Sequence record: SRR31156797_3653
Length of the DNA: 46,114 nt
Reading direction: 5' to 3' (one strand)
This document shows, piece after piece, positions 28,554-39,604 of this stretch. A program made the translations under genes and the position numbers. Positions within the stretch are counted from its first letter, which is position 1; every line of letters starts with the position of its first letter. The notes beneath the pieces were generated by a model. It was given only the letters and a program-made list of their open reading frames with translations, had not been told where the DNA came from and ran no database searches.

Positions 28554-28994
28554 TCACTTATAATCTTGTAAAAAGTCATGCAGATTTTTCAGTGCTTTCA
28601 ACAGTGCCTGTTCCTCTTCAGGAGACATCTGACTCAAGACACCTTTCACCATCTCACGATGAAAATGCTGATGAACACGATAAAGGAGTTTTCCTTTTTT
28701 CGTCAAACCTAGTTTGACGACTCGCCGATCATCTTCACTGCGAATCCGTTCTACATATTCTTTTTTCACCAAACGATTGATCGCGATGGTCAAAGTCCCA
28801 ACAGTGATCGAAAGCTCTTTGGCAACTTCAGTCGTGGTCTTTTTTTTGTACATCCCGATGGCTTCGATGGTATGCATTTCGGTAATTGAAAGGTCTTTGA
28901 ATTGAGATTTTTTCAATTCAGATTCTTCAATCACTAAGATGTCATTAAAGACGCTGACTAAGTAGTCATTAACTGTTTCTAAATTGGGTTCCAT
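28554..28994 (-). CDS. fabT: MarR-family fatty-acid synthesis repressor FabT
   Basis: MarR wHTH (EMHTIEAIG, RSEDDRRVV); heads the fab cluster. Start at MEPNL. Confidence 0.93.
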   Translation of the reverse strand: MEPNLETVNDYLVSVFNDILVIEESELKKSQFKDLSITEMHTIEAIGMYKKKTTTEVAKELSITVGTLTIAINRLVKKEYVERIRSEDDRRVVKLGLTKKGKLLYRVHQHFHREMVKGVLSQMSPEEEQALLKALKNLHDFLQDYK

Positions 28995-29014
28995 AACCTT
29001 CACCATCCGAATAC

Positions 29015-29043
29015 TTTGATAATCAAATCATTTGATAGTCAAA
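29015..29043. promoter_or_regulatory. Tandem FabT operator palindromes
   Basis: TTTGATAATCAAA (29015-29027) and TTTGATAGTCAAA (29031-29043), immediately downstream of the fabT -10. Fit the TTTGA-N3-TCAAA FabT-box pattern. Confidence 0.8.
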
Positions 29044-29071
29044 CTATATCGGAAGTTATTGAGAAATGCAA
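29043..29071 (-). promoter_or_regulatory. SigA promoter of the fabT operon
   Basis: TTGCAT-17 bp-TATAGT. Confidence 0.7.
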
Positions 29072-29314
29072 GAATTTTTTCGAACTTTTTTTATTTTTAA
29101 GCACATTTTTATTTGAGAACTGATTTTCTAAGATTCTAAAAGCTGCGAGTTGACAAAACAATCCGTTTCCGTTATAGAGAAATTTCCTTTGAATGTCAAA
29201 GTTTATCATTGCGTTGTCTCCACTCTATTCCTATTTTTTTCTTGTCAACGGCCAGCAAACGTTGCTCTCTCCGCTCTCATCTGCTACTCTTTGAAGGAAG
29301 GAGAGGAAAGATCG

Positions 29315-30256
29315 ATGAATCCGAACAAAGAGTTTCTAAAAAACAAAGCAAATGCACTGCCTGAAAAGCCTGGCGTTTATCTAATGAAAGATCAACACAA
29401 CGAAGTCTTGTATGTGGGAAAAGCCAAATCATTGAAGCAGCGTGTCGTTTCCTACTTCCGAAAAAACCAGCAGCATGCCAATAAGGTACTTCGACTTGTT
29501 TATAATGTCGTTGATTTTGAAACTATCGAAACAGATACCGAATTGGATGCACTATTACTTGAATGTCGTTTGATCCAAGCTTTTCATCCTATCTACAACC
29601 GCCAAATGAACCATTCAGCGAACTATTGCTTTGTTGATTTGACGAATCATAGCTTCACGATCACTCAAACACCACAAATTGGCAGTTATGGCCCCTTTCG
29701 ACAAACAAAAAAATTGCCTGTGTTGTTTCAATTGTTGTCAGAAACGTTTCAATTGCCGACTGTCAACGAACTGACGCTATTAACCTTACGTAAGCAACTC
29801 CCTCAAATGGAGGCGTATTCCTTGGAAGAGAAGTGGCGAGAGATCGGCTGTTTTTTTGCAGGAAAGAAGACCGACTGTTTTTCACTCCTTAAAAAACGCT
29901 TGGCATACCTGATTGATCACTTATTGTTTGAACAAGCTAGTGTACTGCAGCGAGAGATCCATTTAGCAGAAAGCTTTTACCAAGAAATCGTGAGGGTCAA
30001 TCAGTTCATTCAAGAACCGGAAGTGATTTTTTCGATTCCCCTTGACTTAGAGGAGCCAGTATCACAGACGACTCAACTCAAATACTATCAAGTCAGCTTT
30101 GGTAAGTTGATCCAAACAAACATTCTTTCTCCCGAAGAAACATTCCAGCCACTTCCGCCATCAAGCGCTGCGCTTCCTTTAGCCCCGGAAGATCTCGATC
30201 CATTAGGGATCATCCTTAATCACCTGTATCGCCAAGAAAAAGCAGCAGAAAAATAA
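29315..30256 (+). CDS. GIY-YIG nuclease, UvrC-N-terminal/Cho-like
   Basis: LPEKPGVYLMKD..VLYVGKAKSLKQRV.SYF, ELDALLLE..LI...P.YN, YGPF, UVR-like FEQA. Start reassigned to ATG 29315 (SD GAGG). Confidence 0.85.
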   Translation: MNPNKEFLKNKANALPEKPGVYLMKDQHNEVLYVGKAKSLKQRVVSYFRKNQQHANKVLRLVYNVVDFETIETDTELDALLLECRLIQAFHPIYNRQMNHSANYCFVDLTNHSFTITQTPQIGSYGPFRQTKKLPVLFQLLSETFQLPTVNELTLLTLRKQLPQMEAYSLEEKWREIGCFFAGKKTDCFSLLKKRLAYLIDHLLFEQASVLQREIHLAESFYQEIVRVNQFIQEPEVIFSIPLDLEEPVSQTTQLKYYQVSFGKLIQTNILSPEETFQPLPPSSAALPLAPEDLDPLGIILNHLYRQEKAAEK

Positions 30257-30285
30257 AAAACAGCAAGCCCAAGTAGGCTTGCTGT
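30256..30285. terminator. Terminator between the GIY-YIG gene and ykuJ
   Basis: ACAGCAAGCC/GGCTTGCTGT stem with an A-tract on the left side. Confidence 0.65.
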
Positions 30286-30324
30286 ATAGAAATGAGAAAG
30301 CGACGACGAACGTCCCACTCATTC

Positions 30325-30555
30325 TTATTGGATCAAATCATAGATTTCCATGGCTACAATATCAACATTATCAAATTGATAAGATTGACTTGATTCTGCT
30401 TCCGTTAATTCAAACGTTTCTGTCGAATTGTCATAAGTAACGGTACATTTTTCGACGCCTTCTTTTTCAAAACGACGTACTTGAACTTCATTGTCTTGCG
30501 CTTCGACCATCGCTTCTAAACGTTTGATGATAGCGACTAATTGCGAACTTTTCAT
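30325..30555 (-). CDS. YkuJ/DUF1797 family protein
   Basis: SQLVAIIKRLEAM...RRFEKEG...FDNVDIVAMEIYDL. Confidence 0.88.
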   Translation of the reverse strand: MKSSQLVAIIKRLEAMVEAQDNEVQVRRFEKEGVEKCTVTYDNSTETFELTEAESSQSYQFDNVDIVAMEIYDLIQ

Positions 30556-30638
30556 TCGTAAGCCTCCTTTTTCTGTCCGTTATATTGTATCAAAACATCC
30601 TCTATCTTGCATTGATTTTTCGTATTTTTTTTGTCATT

Positions 30639-31514
30639 TTAAGATTTTTTTCCATCTTGCCACCAAAGTTTAATCAGCGCCTGCGTTCCGTCATTTTCAT
30701 AGCCTTTTTCAGCCAACTGATCATACAATTTTTTAGCTAAAGTGGTGCTTGGCAAATCCAATCCCATCTTCTTGGCTTCATCCAGAGCGATCCCCAGATC
30801 TTTGATGAAATGTTTGACAAAAAAACCTGGTGAATAATCCTCTTTTAGGATACGTGGACTGTAATTCGTCATGGACCAATTGGCTGCACCACCGCCAGAA
30901 AGGGTGTCAATCACTCGTGGTAAATCTAGACCCGCTTGGTTCGCATAGACCAGCATTTCTGTCATCCCCGTCATGGTTCCGGCAATCATGATCTGATTGG
31001 CCATTTTCGTATGCTGACCCTTTCCAGCCCCTCCTTGAAGTTGAAACGTCTTTCCTAATACTTCAAAAAGTGGTTTTACTTGTTGGTAAGCTTCTTCATC
31101 GCCACCAACCATAATCGTTAGCGTGGCGTTTCTCGCACCAAGATCACCACCAGAAACTGGCGCATCAATACTCGCTGCTCCTTTTTCCTTCGCTGTCTGG
31201 TAGATTCGTTCTGCCAAATCAGGTGTGCTGGTTGTAAAATCCACCAATGTTTTGCCCGTCACAGCCGTTTGAAAAATCCCTTGAGGCCCATAGTAAACCT
31301 CTTCAACGTCGGATGGATACCCAACCATTGTAAAGATGATTTCACTTTCTGATGCAATTTCTGTTGGGGTGTCACACCAAATTGCTCCATTCGCAACGAG
31401 TTCATCTGTTTTTGCTTTCGTCCGATTGTAAACATTCACTGTATGTCCTGCAGCTAAGAGATGACCAACCATCGCTTGACCCATGACACCAGTACCGATA
31501 AATCCTAATTTCAT
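30639..31514 (-). CDS. NAD(P)-dependent beta-hydroxyacid dehydrogenase (YkwC-like)
   Basis: GFIGTGVMG, DAPVSGG, GQHTKMANQ, KDL. Confidence 0.92.
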   Translation of the reverse strand: MKLGFIGTGVMGQAMVGHLLAAGHTVNVYNRTKAKTDELVANGAIWCDTPTEIASESEIIFTMVGYPSDVEEVYYGPQGIFQTAVTGKTLVDFTTSTPDLAERIYQTAKEKGAASIDAPVSGGDLGARNATLTIMVGGDEEAYQQVKPLFEVLGKTFQLQGGAGKGQHTKMANQIMIAGTMTGMTEMLVYANQAGLDLPRVIDTLSGGGAANWSMTNYSPRILKEDYSPGFFVKHFIKDLGIALDEAKKMGLDLPSTTLAKKLYDQLAEKGYENDGTQALIKLWWQDGKKS

Positions 31515-31588
31515 GCAGATCCCTCCAAAATAAAAAAGTTCATGTCTTTAGTATACGCTAAAAACATGAACTTGCGAAAATTTTCTGT

Positions 31589-32821
31589 TTAATCGATCGT
31601 TCGGCGAAATGCCTTTAATTTTACTTTGAATTTTTCTAACGTCTGCTCGGTTTCTTTCTCGATGCGTTCGGTTTCATAATAGGCAACCATATCATGGTAG
31701 AAAGACAGCATCGACTCACCAAAGCGTAATGCCGAGATCTCGTACATCTTCCTAGAAAGAACTTCGGGATCAGCAGGAATCTTTTGTTCATAATAATCAA
31801 TAAATGCTTTTGCGAAATCCCGATCACTCTCAAAGGTGACGCCTAACGATGGATCATCGATCAAGGTGTTTAAGTAATCATTGCCTTCAACGACTAATGG
31901 GGTCCCAGCAGCCATTGCTTCCGTGTATGTCAGTCCTTGTGTTTCTGAAGTAGAGGCACTGACGAAGTAATCGGCAGCGTGGTAATAGATCGCCACTTTA
32001 TCATTCGCCACTTCGCCGACAAATTGAACATGGTCAGTTAGCGCCATATCCACCACTTTTTCTTCTAATTTTTCTTTATGCGGACCTTTCCCAACGATCA
32101 CTAATTGCGCATCAGGAATCTTGGTTAGAATTTCCGGCATCCCATCGATGATCGCTTGGATATTCTTTTCATAAGAAATACGACTGAGGGAAAGCAGCAT
32201 GGGTTGATCCTCAGTGATGCCTAATTTCTCCCGCAATTCTTTTTTCATTTCAGATGTAATGTCCGGTCGACGAAACTTCTCGACTTCGATCCCTGTGGGG
32301 ATGATCCGCATCGGTGAAACCACACCATACCCCCTCAGCGTATCGATGACTCGTTCACTTGGACAAACAACACCTGTCGAGTGGTTGGCAAATAGCCGCG
32401 AAAGATATTTCACGTGAGACGGCCGTAAGACCTTCCCATTGGCGATGTAGTGCAAGTAGTCTTCATACATCGTATGGTAGGTATGGATCACAGGAATTTG
32501 CAATTTGCGCCCCACCATTTTCCCTAACATCCCAGAGCCAAACTCGGTATGGGTATGGATCAATTCCAACTCTAACTCTTTGGCGATCAAATAGGCATAC
32601 AACATGCCGCGCACTACGATTCGCCGATCTTTGAAGGACACAAACGGGACACTTGGCATGCGAATGATATCTTCTTCGTCCAGATCAGCATTGGGATCGG
32701 TCGTAGTAAAGATATACACTTTATGGCCTTTTTTCTCAAGCTCTTCTTTCAATGTCTTGATCGATGTCGCCACACCACTTACCTGGGGGAAGTAGGTGTC
32801 TGTAAAAAATCCGATTTTCAA
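31589..32821 (-). CDS. bgsB: GT4 glycosyltransferase, monoglucosyl-diacylglycerol synthase (BgsB/LafA-like)
   Basis: FTDTYFPQVSGVATS, HTYHTMYEDY, SETQGLT..EA; paired with a bgsA-like gene. Confidence 0.85.
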   Translation of the reverse strand: MKIGFFTDTYFPQVSGVATSIKTLKEELEKKGHKVYIFTTTDPNADLDEEDIIRMPSVPFVSFKDRRIVVRGMLYAYLIAKELELELIHTHTEFGSGMLGKMVGRKLQIPVIHTYHTMYEDYLHYIANGKVLRPSHVKYLSRLFANHSTGVVCPSERVIDTLRGYGVVSPMRIIPTGIEVEKFRRPDITSEMKKELREKLGITEDQPMLLSLSRISYEKNIQAIIDGMPEILTKIPDAQLVIVGKGPHKEKLEEKVVDMALTDHVQFVGEVANDKVAIYYHAADYFVSASTSETQGLTYTEAMAAGTPLVVEGNDYLNTLIDDPSLGVTFESDRDFAKAFIDYYEQKIPADPEVLSRKMYEISALRFGESMLSFYHDMVAYYETERIEKETEQTLEKFKVKLKAFRRTID

Positions 32822-32852
32822 AACGGTACCTCCAAACTTTACATTAGTTTCT

Positions 32853-33863
32853 TTATTCCGTATTCATCACTTTTGTATAAACTTCTTTTAGCTCATATCC
32901 GATTTCATCAATACTCTTTTGCTTGGCCGTTTCATAACCCGCTTCACTTAACTGTGGCAACGTGCCATCTACGATTCCTTTGATCTTCTCGATAAACCCT
33001 TGATTGGTTTTCTCCATGTATGCATTGTGCCCATTGCTTAGCCACCCTTTATATACTGGAATATCCCGAACAAGCACATTTTGGTGGCTGGCTAACGCCT
33101 CAAGGACCACGATCCCTTCTGTTTCTTCATAGGAAGGAAAGAAGAACAGATCAGCCGCTGAATATGCCCCTTCGATGATGTCTCCTTTGATATAGCCGGG
33201 AAACAGCACATTTTCTGGATGGTCTTCATTGACAAGGTCGCGGATCTGCTTAGGAATCGTCATCATTGGTGTATGACCAAACCAGATAAACGTATATTCA
33301 GGCAATTGTCTAGCTATCTCTACAAAATCAAGAATGCCTTTTCGTTCAAAAAACAAACCGACCGATATAATGACTTTTTGATCAGGTAAAAGCTGAAAAT
33401 ACTCACGAAAGGCTTTTTCTTTCTCATGATCCGGCTGATATTTGTCAAGATCGATCCCGTTTGAGATCGCTTCGATCGGCACTTGGATACCATACCCTTC
33501 CAAAAGTTCTTTCGAATAAGGGGTCGGGGTGATCAATTGATCGGCTCTGGAATAAAGATTGATCAAATATTTTTTATATAATGGCGAAAGCTGATTTGAA
33601 CCGATAAATGAATTCCGAAAATCCTCTTCTGTAGAATGGGCATGGTAAATCACTTTTTTTCCTTGTCTTTTGGCTTTATTGACCATATGCATACTATTGA
33701 TTCCATACGTGTTGATGTGAAGAATGTCATAATCCTCATCATTTTTATCAAGAGTAAAAGGAATCCCGACAGATGTCAGCGCTCGTTGCTGATGGGCCAA
33801 TGCGCGACCGATACCTGATTTAGCTAATAATTTTTCTCCTTCAAAATAAAGAAGTACTTTCAA
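32853..33863 (-). CDS. bgsA: GT4 glycosyltransferase, diglycosyl-diacylglycerol synthase (BgsA/LafB-like)
   Basis: KSGIGRAL.HQ, HAHSTEEDF.NSF, EETEGIVVLEA. TTG start with SD AAGGAGG. Confidence 0.85.
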   Translation of the reverse strand: MKVLLYFEGEKLLAKSGIGRALAHQQRALTSVGIPFTLDKNDEDYDILHINTYGINSMHMVNKAKRQGKKVIYHAHSTEEDFRNSFIGSNQLSPLYKKYLINLYSRADQLITPTPYSKELLEGYGIQVPIEAISNGIDLDKYQPDHEKEKAFREYFQLLPDQKVIISVGLFFERKGILDFVEIARQLPEYTFIWFGHTPMMTIPKQIRDLVNEDHPENVLFPGYIKGDIIEGAYSAADLFFFPSYEETEGIVVLEALASHQNVLVRDIPVYKGWLSNGHNAYMEKTNQGFIEKIKGIVDGTLPQLSEAGYETAKQKSIDEIGYELKEVYTKVMNTE

Positions 33864-34086
33864 AGATGATTCCTCCTTGGAAATGCTTATATCTGATATT
33901 AGTATACCATAGGCGATCGCAGAGATACTCCTACCATGGTCCTAGATTTTGTTCCCCATTTAACCATGATACGGGAAAAGCTCAGGGAATCATAGCTTAA
34001 TTCCAAGATATGACAAAACTGTTCGTTTTCTGAAAAAAGTAGTAAGTTGTTGCAAGTCAAATCAAACAAAATGTCTTCTTAAAACA

Positions 34087-34120
34087 AAAAAAGGCAACAA
34101 GCAAAAATTGCTTGTTGCCT
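34087..34120 (-). terminator. ptsI terminator
   Basis: AGGCAACAAGC/GCTTGTTGCCT stem plus T-run on the minus strand. Confidence 0.75.
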
Positions 34121-34128
34121 AGAAATGA

Positions 34129-35856
34129 TTATTTTACATACTGTTCGATTAACTCTACAACTTCTTCCATTGTATCGCAATCTTCTAAAGCACGTTTTGC
34201 TAATTCTTGCATGTCAGTGGTTGACAAACGTTTCATTAAGCTACGTGTTTTCAGAACAGATGTTGCACTCATTGAGAACTCATCTAAGCCCATACCTACT
34301 AGAAGTGGCACAGCAGTTTGATCGCCGGCCATTTCTCCACACATACCAGCCCATTTGCCTTCAGCATGCGCTGAATCGATCACGTTTTTGATCAAGCGTA
34401 AGATGGATGGGTTGTATGGTTGGTACAAGTAAGACACGCGTTCATTCATGCGGTCTGCAGCCATTGTGTATTGGATCAAGTCATTGGTACCAATACTGAA
34501 GAAGTCAACTTCCTTCGCAAACTTGTCTGCTAAGACAGCTGCTGCTGGAATTTCGATCATGATTCCGACTTGGATCTCGTTAGAAATCTCAACGCCTTCG
34601 TCAATCAATTTTTGACGCTCTTCTTCATACATTTTCTTCGCTGTACGGAACTCTTTCAATGTTGCCACCATTGGGAACATAATACGTAAGTTACCATGAG
34701 CAGAAGCACGTAACAACGCACGAAGTTGGGTACGGAACATGTCGTCCCCAAGTTCAGACAAGCTGATACGCAATGCACGATAGCCTAAGAAAGGATTCAT
34801 TTCATGAGGCAATTTTAAGTAAGGAAGTTCTTTATCGCCACCGATATCCATTGTGCGGACAACCACTGGTTTTCCAGCCATTCCTTCTAGAACTGCTTTA
34901 TACGCTTTATATTGGTCTTCTTCTGTTGGGAAATCAGGAGAATCCATGTACAAGAATTCAGTCCGGTATAAACCGACTGCTTCTGCACCATTGTTGTGGA
35001 CACCTTCTAAATCTTTTGGTGTACCAATGTTCGCAGCTAATTCAAAGTGCTTGCCATCAGCCGTAACTGTTTCAGCATCTTTTAATTTTTCCCACTCTGC
35101 TTTTTGATCTGCGTAGGCTTTCCCAGCTTCAACAAATTCAGCCGCTTGGTCATCTGTCGGGTTGACGATAACGTCACCGATAATGCCGTTAACAGCTAAG
35201 ATGTCGCCCGCTTTCACTTTTGCAGTGATCTCCATCGTTCCAACGATTGCTGGGATTTCAAGAGAACGTGCCATGATTGCGGAATGAGAAGTACGTCCAC
35301 CGATATCTGTTACAAAAGCTTTAACAAAGTTGCGGTCTAATTGTGCGGTATCACTTGGTGTCAAGTCATGCGCAACAACGACTACTTCTTCGTTGATCAT
35401 TGAAGGATTAGGCAAAGTCACATTCAACAAATGCGCCAAGATACGTTTAGCAACATCTTTGATGTCAGCTGCCCGTTCTTGCATGTAAGCATTGTCATCC
35501 ATTGCTTCAAACATACCAATATACATGTCAGTAACTTCTTTCAATGCAGCTTCTGCATTGACTTTGTTATCTGTCACGTTTTGTTTGATTTGACCGATCA
35601 TCTCAGGATCTGAAAGAACCATTAAATGAGCATCAAATACTTGTGCTTCTGCTTCACCTAAAGTTTGCGCTGCTTTGTCGCGGATTTGTTGTAATTCCGC
35701 TGTTGACTTCGCTAACGCATCATCTAAGCGTGCTTCCTCTGCTGCAGTATCTTCAACTGATACTTTTGAAAAAGATAAATCAGGTTGTACTAACAGGTAG
35801 GCTTTCGCAACGGCTACACCATCACTAGCAGCAATTCCTTTTAGCATCTCAACCAT
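34129..35856 (-). CDS. ptsI: PTS enzyme I
   Basis: [12 protein letters not shown] phospho-His motif, [17 protein letters not shown]. Confidence 0.99.
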   Translation of the reverse strand: MVEMLKGIAASDGVAVAKAYLLVQPDLSFSKVSVEDTAAEEARLDDALAKSTAELQQIRDKAAQTLGEAEAQVFDAHLMVLSDPEMIGQIKQNVTDNKVNAEAALKEVTDMYIGMFEAMDDNAYMQERAADIKDVAKRILAHLLNVTLPNPSMINEEVVVVAHDLTPSDTAQLDRNFVKAFVTDIGGRTSHSAIMARSLEIPAIVGTMEITAKVKAGDILAVNGIIGDVIVNPTDDQAAEFVEAGKAYADQKAEWEKLKDAETVTADGKHFELAANIGTPKDLEGVHNNGAEAVGLYRTEFLYMDSPDFPTEEDQYKAYKAVLEGMAGKPVVVRTMDIGGDKELPYLKLPHEMNPFLGYRALRISLSELGDDMFRTQLRALLRASAHGNLRIMFPMVATLKEFRTAKKMYEEERQKLIDEGVEISNEIQVGIMIEIPAAAVLADKFAKEVDFFSIGTNDLIQYTMAADRMNERVSYLYQPYNPSILRLIKNVIDSAHAEGKWAGMCGEMAGDQTAVPLLVGMGLDEFSMSATSVLKTRSLMKRLSTTDMQELAKRALEDCDTMEEVVELIEQYVK

Positions 35857-36122
35857 TATTCAGACAAACCTTCTTTTTTCATTGTTTCTACGATTGCAGC
35901 GATTGCATCTGCTTCGTCAGCACCTTCAGCAGTGATAGTTACATCAGAACCTTGGCCAACACCTAATGACATTACGCCCATGATTGATTTAAGGTTTACT
36001 GATTTACCTTTGTACTCTAAGTTGATATCAGAGTTGAATTTGCTTGCTGTTTGAACCAATAATGTAGCTGGACGTGCGTGAATCCCTGTCTCAGCAACTA
36101 CGTGAAAATCTTTCTTTTCCAT
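35856..36122 (-). CDS. ptsH: Phosphocarrier protein HPr
   Basis: GIHARPAT (His15), [12 protein letters not shown] (Ser46). Start at MEKK. Confidence 0.98.
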   Translation of the reverse strand: MEKKDFHVVAETGIHARPATLLVQTASKFNSDINLEYKGKSVNLKSIMGVMSLGVGQGSDVTITAEGADEADAIAAIVETMKKEGLSE

Positions 36123-36217
36123 ATTGATCAATCTCCTTTATGATACGTTTTTTTGTGTGAAGGCAAAATTTCCATGCATGCAATGATACCCGAAAAAAAT
36201 CGCCCTTTCAACTGTTA

Positions 36218-36256
36218 AGATTACCATTTTTTTCCTCGATAGACAACCGTTTTCTC
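36218..36256 (-). promoter_or_regulatory. ptsH promoter with an overlapping cre-like site
   Basis: TTGTCT-17 bp-TAATCT with extended TG. AGAAAACGGTTGTC resembles a CcpA cre and overlaps the -35. Confidence 0.5.
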
Positions 36257-36282
36257 TTAAATAAACGATTGAAATAAATGTC

Positions 36283-36474
36283 CTATTTATTTTCTTGCAC
36301 GTAACGGTAGATGATCTTCCCATTTAACCCCGCTTCTCCGACAAAAGAAGACCGGTCTTCCAACTGGAGCCAGACATCTCTAAACGCCAGAAATTCCGGC
36401 TGTTGGACAATCAATTCTTGGATCTCTCCATTGCGTAAACGTACTACTTCTGCAGCAAAATCTCTGTTCTCCAA
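36283..36474 (-). CDS. Small hypothetical protein upstream of ptsH
   Basis: 63-aa ORF with TTG start and SD GAGGTG; LRNGEI.EL...EFLAFR.VW...GEA..NG.IIY pattern. Confidence 0.7.
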   Translation of the reverse strand: MENRDFAAEVVRLRNGEIQELIVQQPEFLAFRDVWLQLEDRSSFVGEAGLNGKIIYRYVQENK

Positions 36475-36578
36475 CGTCTATTCTCACCTCTTTCTTTCTA
36501 TTATATAGGAATTACTTTTTATTTAAAAGACCGCTTCTATAAGTGAAATCGAAGGGAAAATTTTTAAAGGTAAAATTC

Positions 36579-36631
36579 TTGCAGTCTGACAAAAAGTTAG
36601 TATAATAGAATTATGGTCAGTAAAGGTCAAT
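36579..36631 (+). promoter_or_regulatory. clpE promoter with CtsR box
   Basis: TTGCAG-16 bp-TATAAT (36579-36606), then the direct heptad repeat GGTCAGT-AAA-GGTCAAT (36615-36631) matching the CtsR consensus RGTCAAA-N3-RGTCAAA. Confidence 0.8.
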
Positions 36632-36745
36632 AACACATTACCTTGAAGGTGACCGTTACTTTGCCCACAGCCCCTTTTCTTTTACAAGCAATCAAATGCG
36701 CCGTAAAATAGGGTTGTTGGAACAAATATGAAAGGTCGTGAATCT

Positions 36746-39007
36746 ATGCTTTGTCAAAATTGCGGCAAAAATGAAGCTTCAATTCATTTATATGCCAATG
36801 TCAATGGTCAAAGAAAACAACTCGATTATTGTCAAAGTTGTTACCAAAAATTAAAAGCACAATCTGGGAATGCTGCAGCTGCAATGGCGCAAGATCCTTT
36901 TGGATTTGGCAATCTTGATGATTTATTCCGTCAAATGTCTCGTCAAATGCAGCAAGGAAATACCCCTTATGAACAAACCCCACCGACACAAACTGGCGGT
37001 AACGGTTTTGTTGGCGGGCAACCACCACGCAATAACCAAGCACCTGCGGGTCTGCTGGGAGAATATGGCATCAATATCACTCAAATGGCTCGTGATGGTG
37101 AAGTCGATCCAGTGGTCGGTCGTGATTCAGAAATCAAACGCGTGATCGAGATCCTTAATCGCCGAACCAAAAATAATCCTGTATTGATTGGTGAACCTGG
37201 GGTTGGGAAAACTGCCGTCGTTGAAGGGTTAGCCCAAAAAATCGTTGATGGTGATGTGCCACAAAAATTGATGGAAAAAGAAGTTATTCGTTTGGACGTT
37301 GCGTCGCTTGTTCAAGGCACAGGTATTCGTGGCCAATTTGAAGAACGCATCCAAAAATTGATCGAAGAAATCAAGCAAGCGGAAAATGTGATCTTGTTTA
37401 TCGATGAAGTCCATGAAATCGTTGGCGCTGGTGCAGCCGGCGACGGAAATATGGATGCTGGAAACATCTTAAAACCAGCTCTTGCCCGTGGAGAACTACA
37501 AATGGTCGGAGCAACGACGTTAAATGAATACCGCATTATCGAAAAAGACGCCGCTTTAGAACGGCGTTTGCAACCAGTACGTGTGGATGAACCTTCTGTG
37601 GAAGAAACCATTCGTATTTTAAAAGGCCTACAACCGCGTTATGAAGATTACCATCATGTGAAATATACGGATGAAGCGATCGCAGCTGCCGCTACCCTTT
37701 CTAACCGTTACATTCAAGATCGATTCTTGCCTGATAAAGCGATCGATCTGCTAGATGAAACAGGTTCGAAGAAAAACTTGACGATCCAAATCGTTGATCC
37801 AAAAACGATCGAAAAGAAATTACAAGAAGCGGAAGAACAAAAACAAGCTGCCTCTCGAGAAGAAGATTTTGAAAAAGCTGCTTACTATCGCGATCAAATC
37901 AACAAGCTTCAAAAAATGAAAGAACGTCAAATCAGCGAAGAAGAAACGCCTGTCATCACCGAAAAAGACATGGAACAAATTGTTGAAGAACGGACAAATA
38001 TCCCTGTTGGGGAATTAAAAGAAAAAGAACAAACCCAGTTGAGGAATCTTGCGGATGACTTGAAAGCTAAAGTTATTGGTCAAGACGAAGCAATCGACAA
38101 AGTTGCAAAAGCGATCCGCAGAAATCGGGTCGGTTTAGGCAAACAAAACCGTCCGATCGGCTCTTTCCTATTCGTCGGTCCAACCGGTGTCGGGAAAACC
38201 GAATTAGCAAAACAATTAGCTTATGAAATGTTTGGTTCTGAAGAATCAATGATTCGTTTCGACATGTCAGAATACATGGAGAAACACAGTGTATCCAAAT
38301 TGATTGGTTCTCCTCCAGGCTATGTTGGCTATGAAGAAGCAGGTCAATTGACTGAAAAAGTTCGTCGGAATCCTTACAGCTTGATTCTATTAGATGAAGT
38401 AGAAAAAGCCCATCCTGATGTATTGCATATGTTCTTGCAAATTCTCGATGATGGTCGCTTGACCGATGCTCAAGGACGTACCGTCAGCTTTAAGGACACC
38501 TTGATCATCATGACAAGTAATGCCGGAACCGGCAAAGTTGAAGCTAACGTTGGCTTCGGTGCGGCGCGTGAAGGTATCACTCGTTCCGTTTTGAATCAAT
38601 TGAATAATTACTTTACACCAGAGTTTCTCAACCGCTTTGACGGCATCATCGAATTTAAAGCTTTAAGCAAGGAAAACTTGTTATCGATCGTGTCTCTCAT
38701 GCTGCATGAAGTCAATCAAACCCTTAGCCAACAAAAACTGCATATCGACGTTCCACAAGACGTGCAAGAAAAATTGGTGGATCTTGGTTACAGTGCAACG
38801 ATGGGGGCTCGCCCATTGCGTAGAACCATCCAAGATCAAATCGAAGACGGCATTGCAGAATTTTATCTTGAGCATCCACAAGTACATCAACTAAAAGCAC
38901 AATTAGAAGATGCAGATAAAATCATTGTGACCTCCGCTGAGTCCCCTGCACCTCTTGAAGAAGCCAATCCGGCTTCTGAAGAAGAAGCATCGGAAACAAA
39001 CGAGTAA
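36746..39007 (+). CDS. clpE: ATP-dependent Clp protease ATPase ClpE
   Basis: N-terminal CQNC...CQSC zinc finger, two AAA+ modules ([16 protein letters not shown]), UVR domain, VGF ClpP-docking loop. Start at MLCQNC. Confidence 0.96.
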   Translation: MLCQNCGKNEASIHLYANVNGQRKQLDYCQSCYQKLKAQSGNAAAAMAQDPFGFGNLDDLFRQMSRQMQQGNTPYEQTPPTQTGGNGFVGGQPPRNNQAPAGLLGEYGINITQMARDGEVDPVVGRDSEIKRVIEILNRRTKNNPVLIGEPGVGKTAVVEGLAQKIVDGDVPQKLMEKEVIRLDVASLVQGTGIRGQFEERIQKLIEEIKQAENVILFIDEVHEIVGAGAAGDGNMDAGNILKPALARGELQMVGATTLNEYRIIEKDAALERRLQPVRVDEPSVEETIRILKGLQPRYEDYHHVKYTDEAIAAAATLSNRYIQDRFLPDKAIDLLDETGSKKNLTIQIVDPKTIEKKLQEAEEQKQAASREEDFEKAAYYRDQINKLQKMKERQISEEETPVITEKDMEQIVEERTNIPVGELKEKEQTQLRNLADDLKAKVIGQDEAIDKVAKAIRRNRVGLGKQNRPIGSFLFVGPTGVGKTELAKQLAYEMFGSEESMIRFDMSEYMEKHSVSKLIGSPPGYVGYEEAGQLTEKVRRNPYSLILLDEVEKAHPDVLHMFLQILDDGRLTDAQGRTVSFKDTLIIMTSNAGTGKVEANVGFGAAREGITRSVLNQLNNYFTPEFLNRFDGIIEFKALSKENLLSIVSLMLHEVNQTLSQQKLHIDVPQDVQEKLVDLGYSATMGARPLRRTIQDQIEDGIAEFYLEHPQVHQLKAQLEDADKIIVTSAESPAPLEEANPASEEEASETNE

Positions 39008-39042
39008 CAAGCTGCCAAAACGTGTAACGAAACGTTTCCTTT

Positions 39043-39102
39043 GCCAGACAACCATGTTTTGCCAAAAAATTGGGTAATTCCGAGTTGTCTGGCTTTTCTT
39101 TT
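39043..39102 (+). terminator. clpE terminator
   Basis: GCCAGACAAC...GTTGTCTGGC followed by TTTTCTTTT. Confidence 0.6.
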
Positions 39103-39158
39103 GAAAAAAAACGCCCTATAATGTTATTAATAAATACATAGAATGTGAGGTGAGTCTG

Positions 39159-39470
39159 GTGAAATTAATCAATGTTACGAACAGCCATTCTCGACTAGTA
39201 TTGAATCAACTTGAAAATACCGACGCGGAACTTGTAAAGGTTTACACAGCCGGAGATACAACCGTGATCTTTACCTCAGCGCCGAACCACAATGAAATTT
39301 TGCTGATCAATAAAAAAAGAACTATTCGCCCGACGGAAGTTGAAGAAATCAAAAATTACTTCTTGAAAAAATTACCTGATGGCTCTTATGATCCTGCAAC
39401 GATCTCTGTGATCCAAATGCCCGAAGTGGTGGAAATCTCCATCAAAAAAACGTTATCCTCATCACGTTAG
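39159..39470 (+). CDS. DUF1827 family protein
   Basis: KLINVTNSHSRLV..QL..TDA..VKVYTAG.T.V. Start GTG 39159 after SD GAGGTG. Confidence 0.85.
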   Translation: MKLINVTNSHSRLVLNQLENTDAELVKVYTAGDTTVIFTSAPNHNEILLINKKRTIRPTEVEEIKNYFLKKLPDGSYDPATISVIQMPEVVEISIKKTLSSSR

Positions 39471-39490
39471 CTTTGCCTGATCACGGGTTT

Positions 39491-39546
39491 AAAAAATATC
39501 TATAAAAGGTGACTGTCGCAGCCCTCTTTTATAGATATCTTTTTTT
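39491..39546. terminator. Bidirectional terminator
   Basis: ATATCTATAAAAG...CTTTTATAGATAT with A and T tails. Confidence 0.65.
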
Positions 39547-39604
39547 GTCTTCTCTCTTCCTTCTATTGGTTAGTACTTCGATCAACGATACCTGATGTTC
39601 AAGT

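Noticed and set aside
29116-29127. GAACTGATTTTC as a LexA box for the GIY-YIG gene
   Set aside because: Mismatch in the conserved GTTC half-site and about 190 bp from the start; insufficient support.
29150-29314. N-terminal extension of the GIY-YIG ORF (and similar extensions of rimP, the ANT(6)-like gene, yqeK, fabD and clpE)
   Set aside because: Downstream starts have SD sequences and match family N-termini; the extensions are longest-ORF artefacts.
17822-38894. Numerous 60-140 aa ORFs overlapping fab/acc, ABC, bgs, pts and clpE genes
   Set aside because: Antisense or alternate-frame shadows of well-supported core genes.
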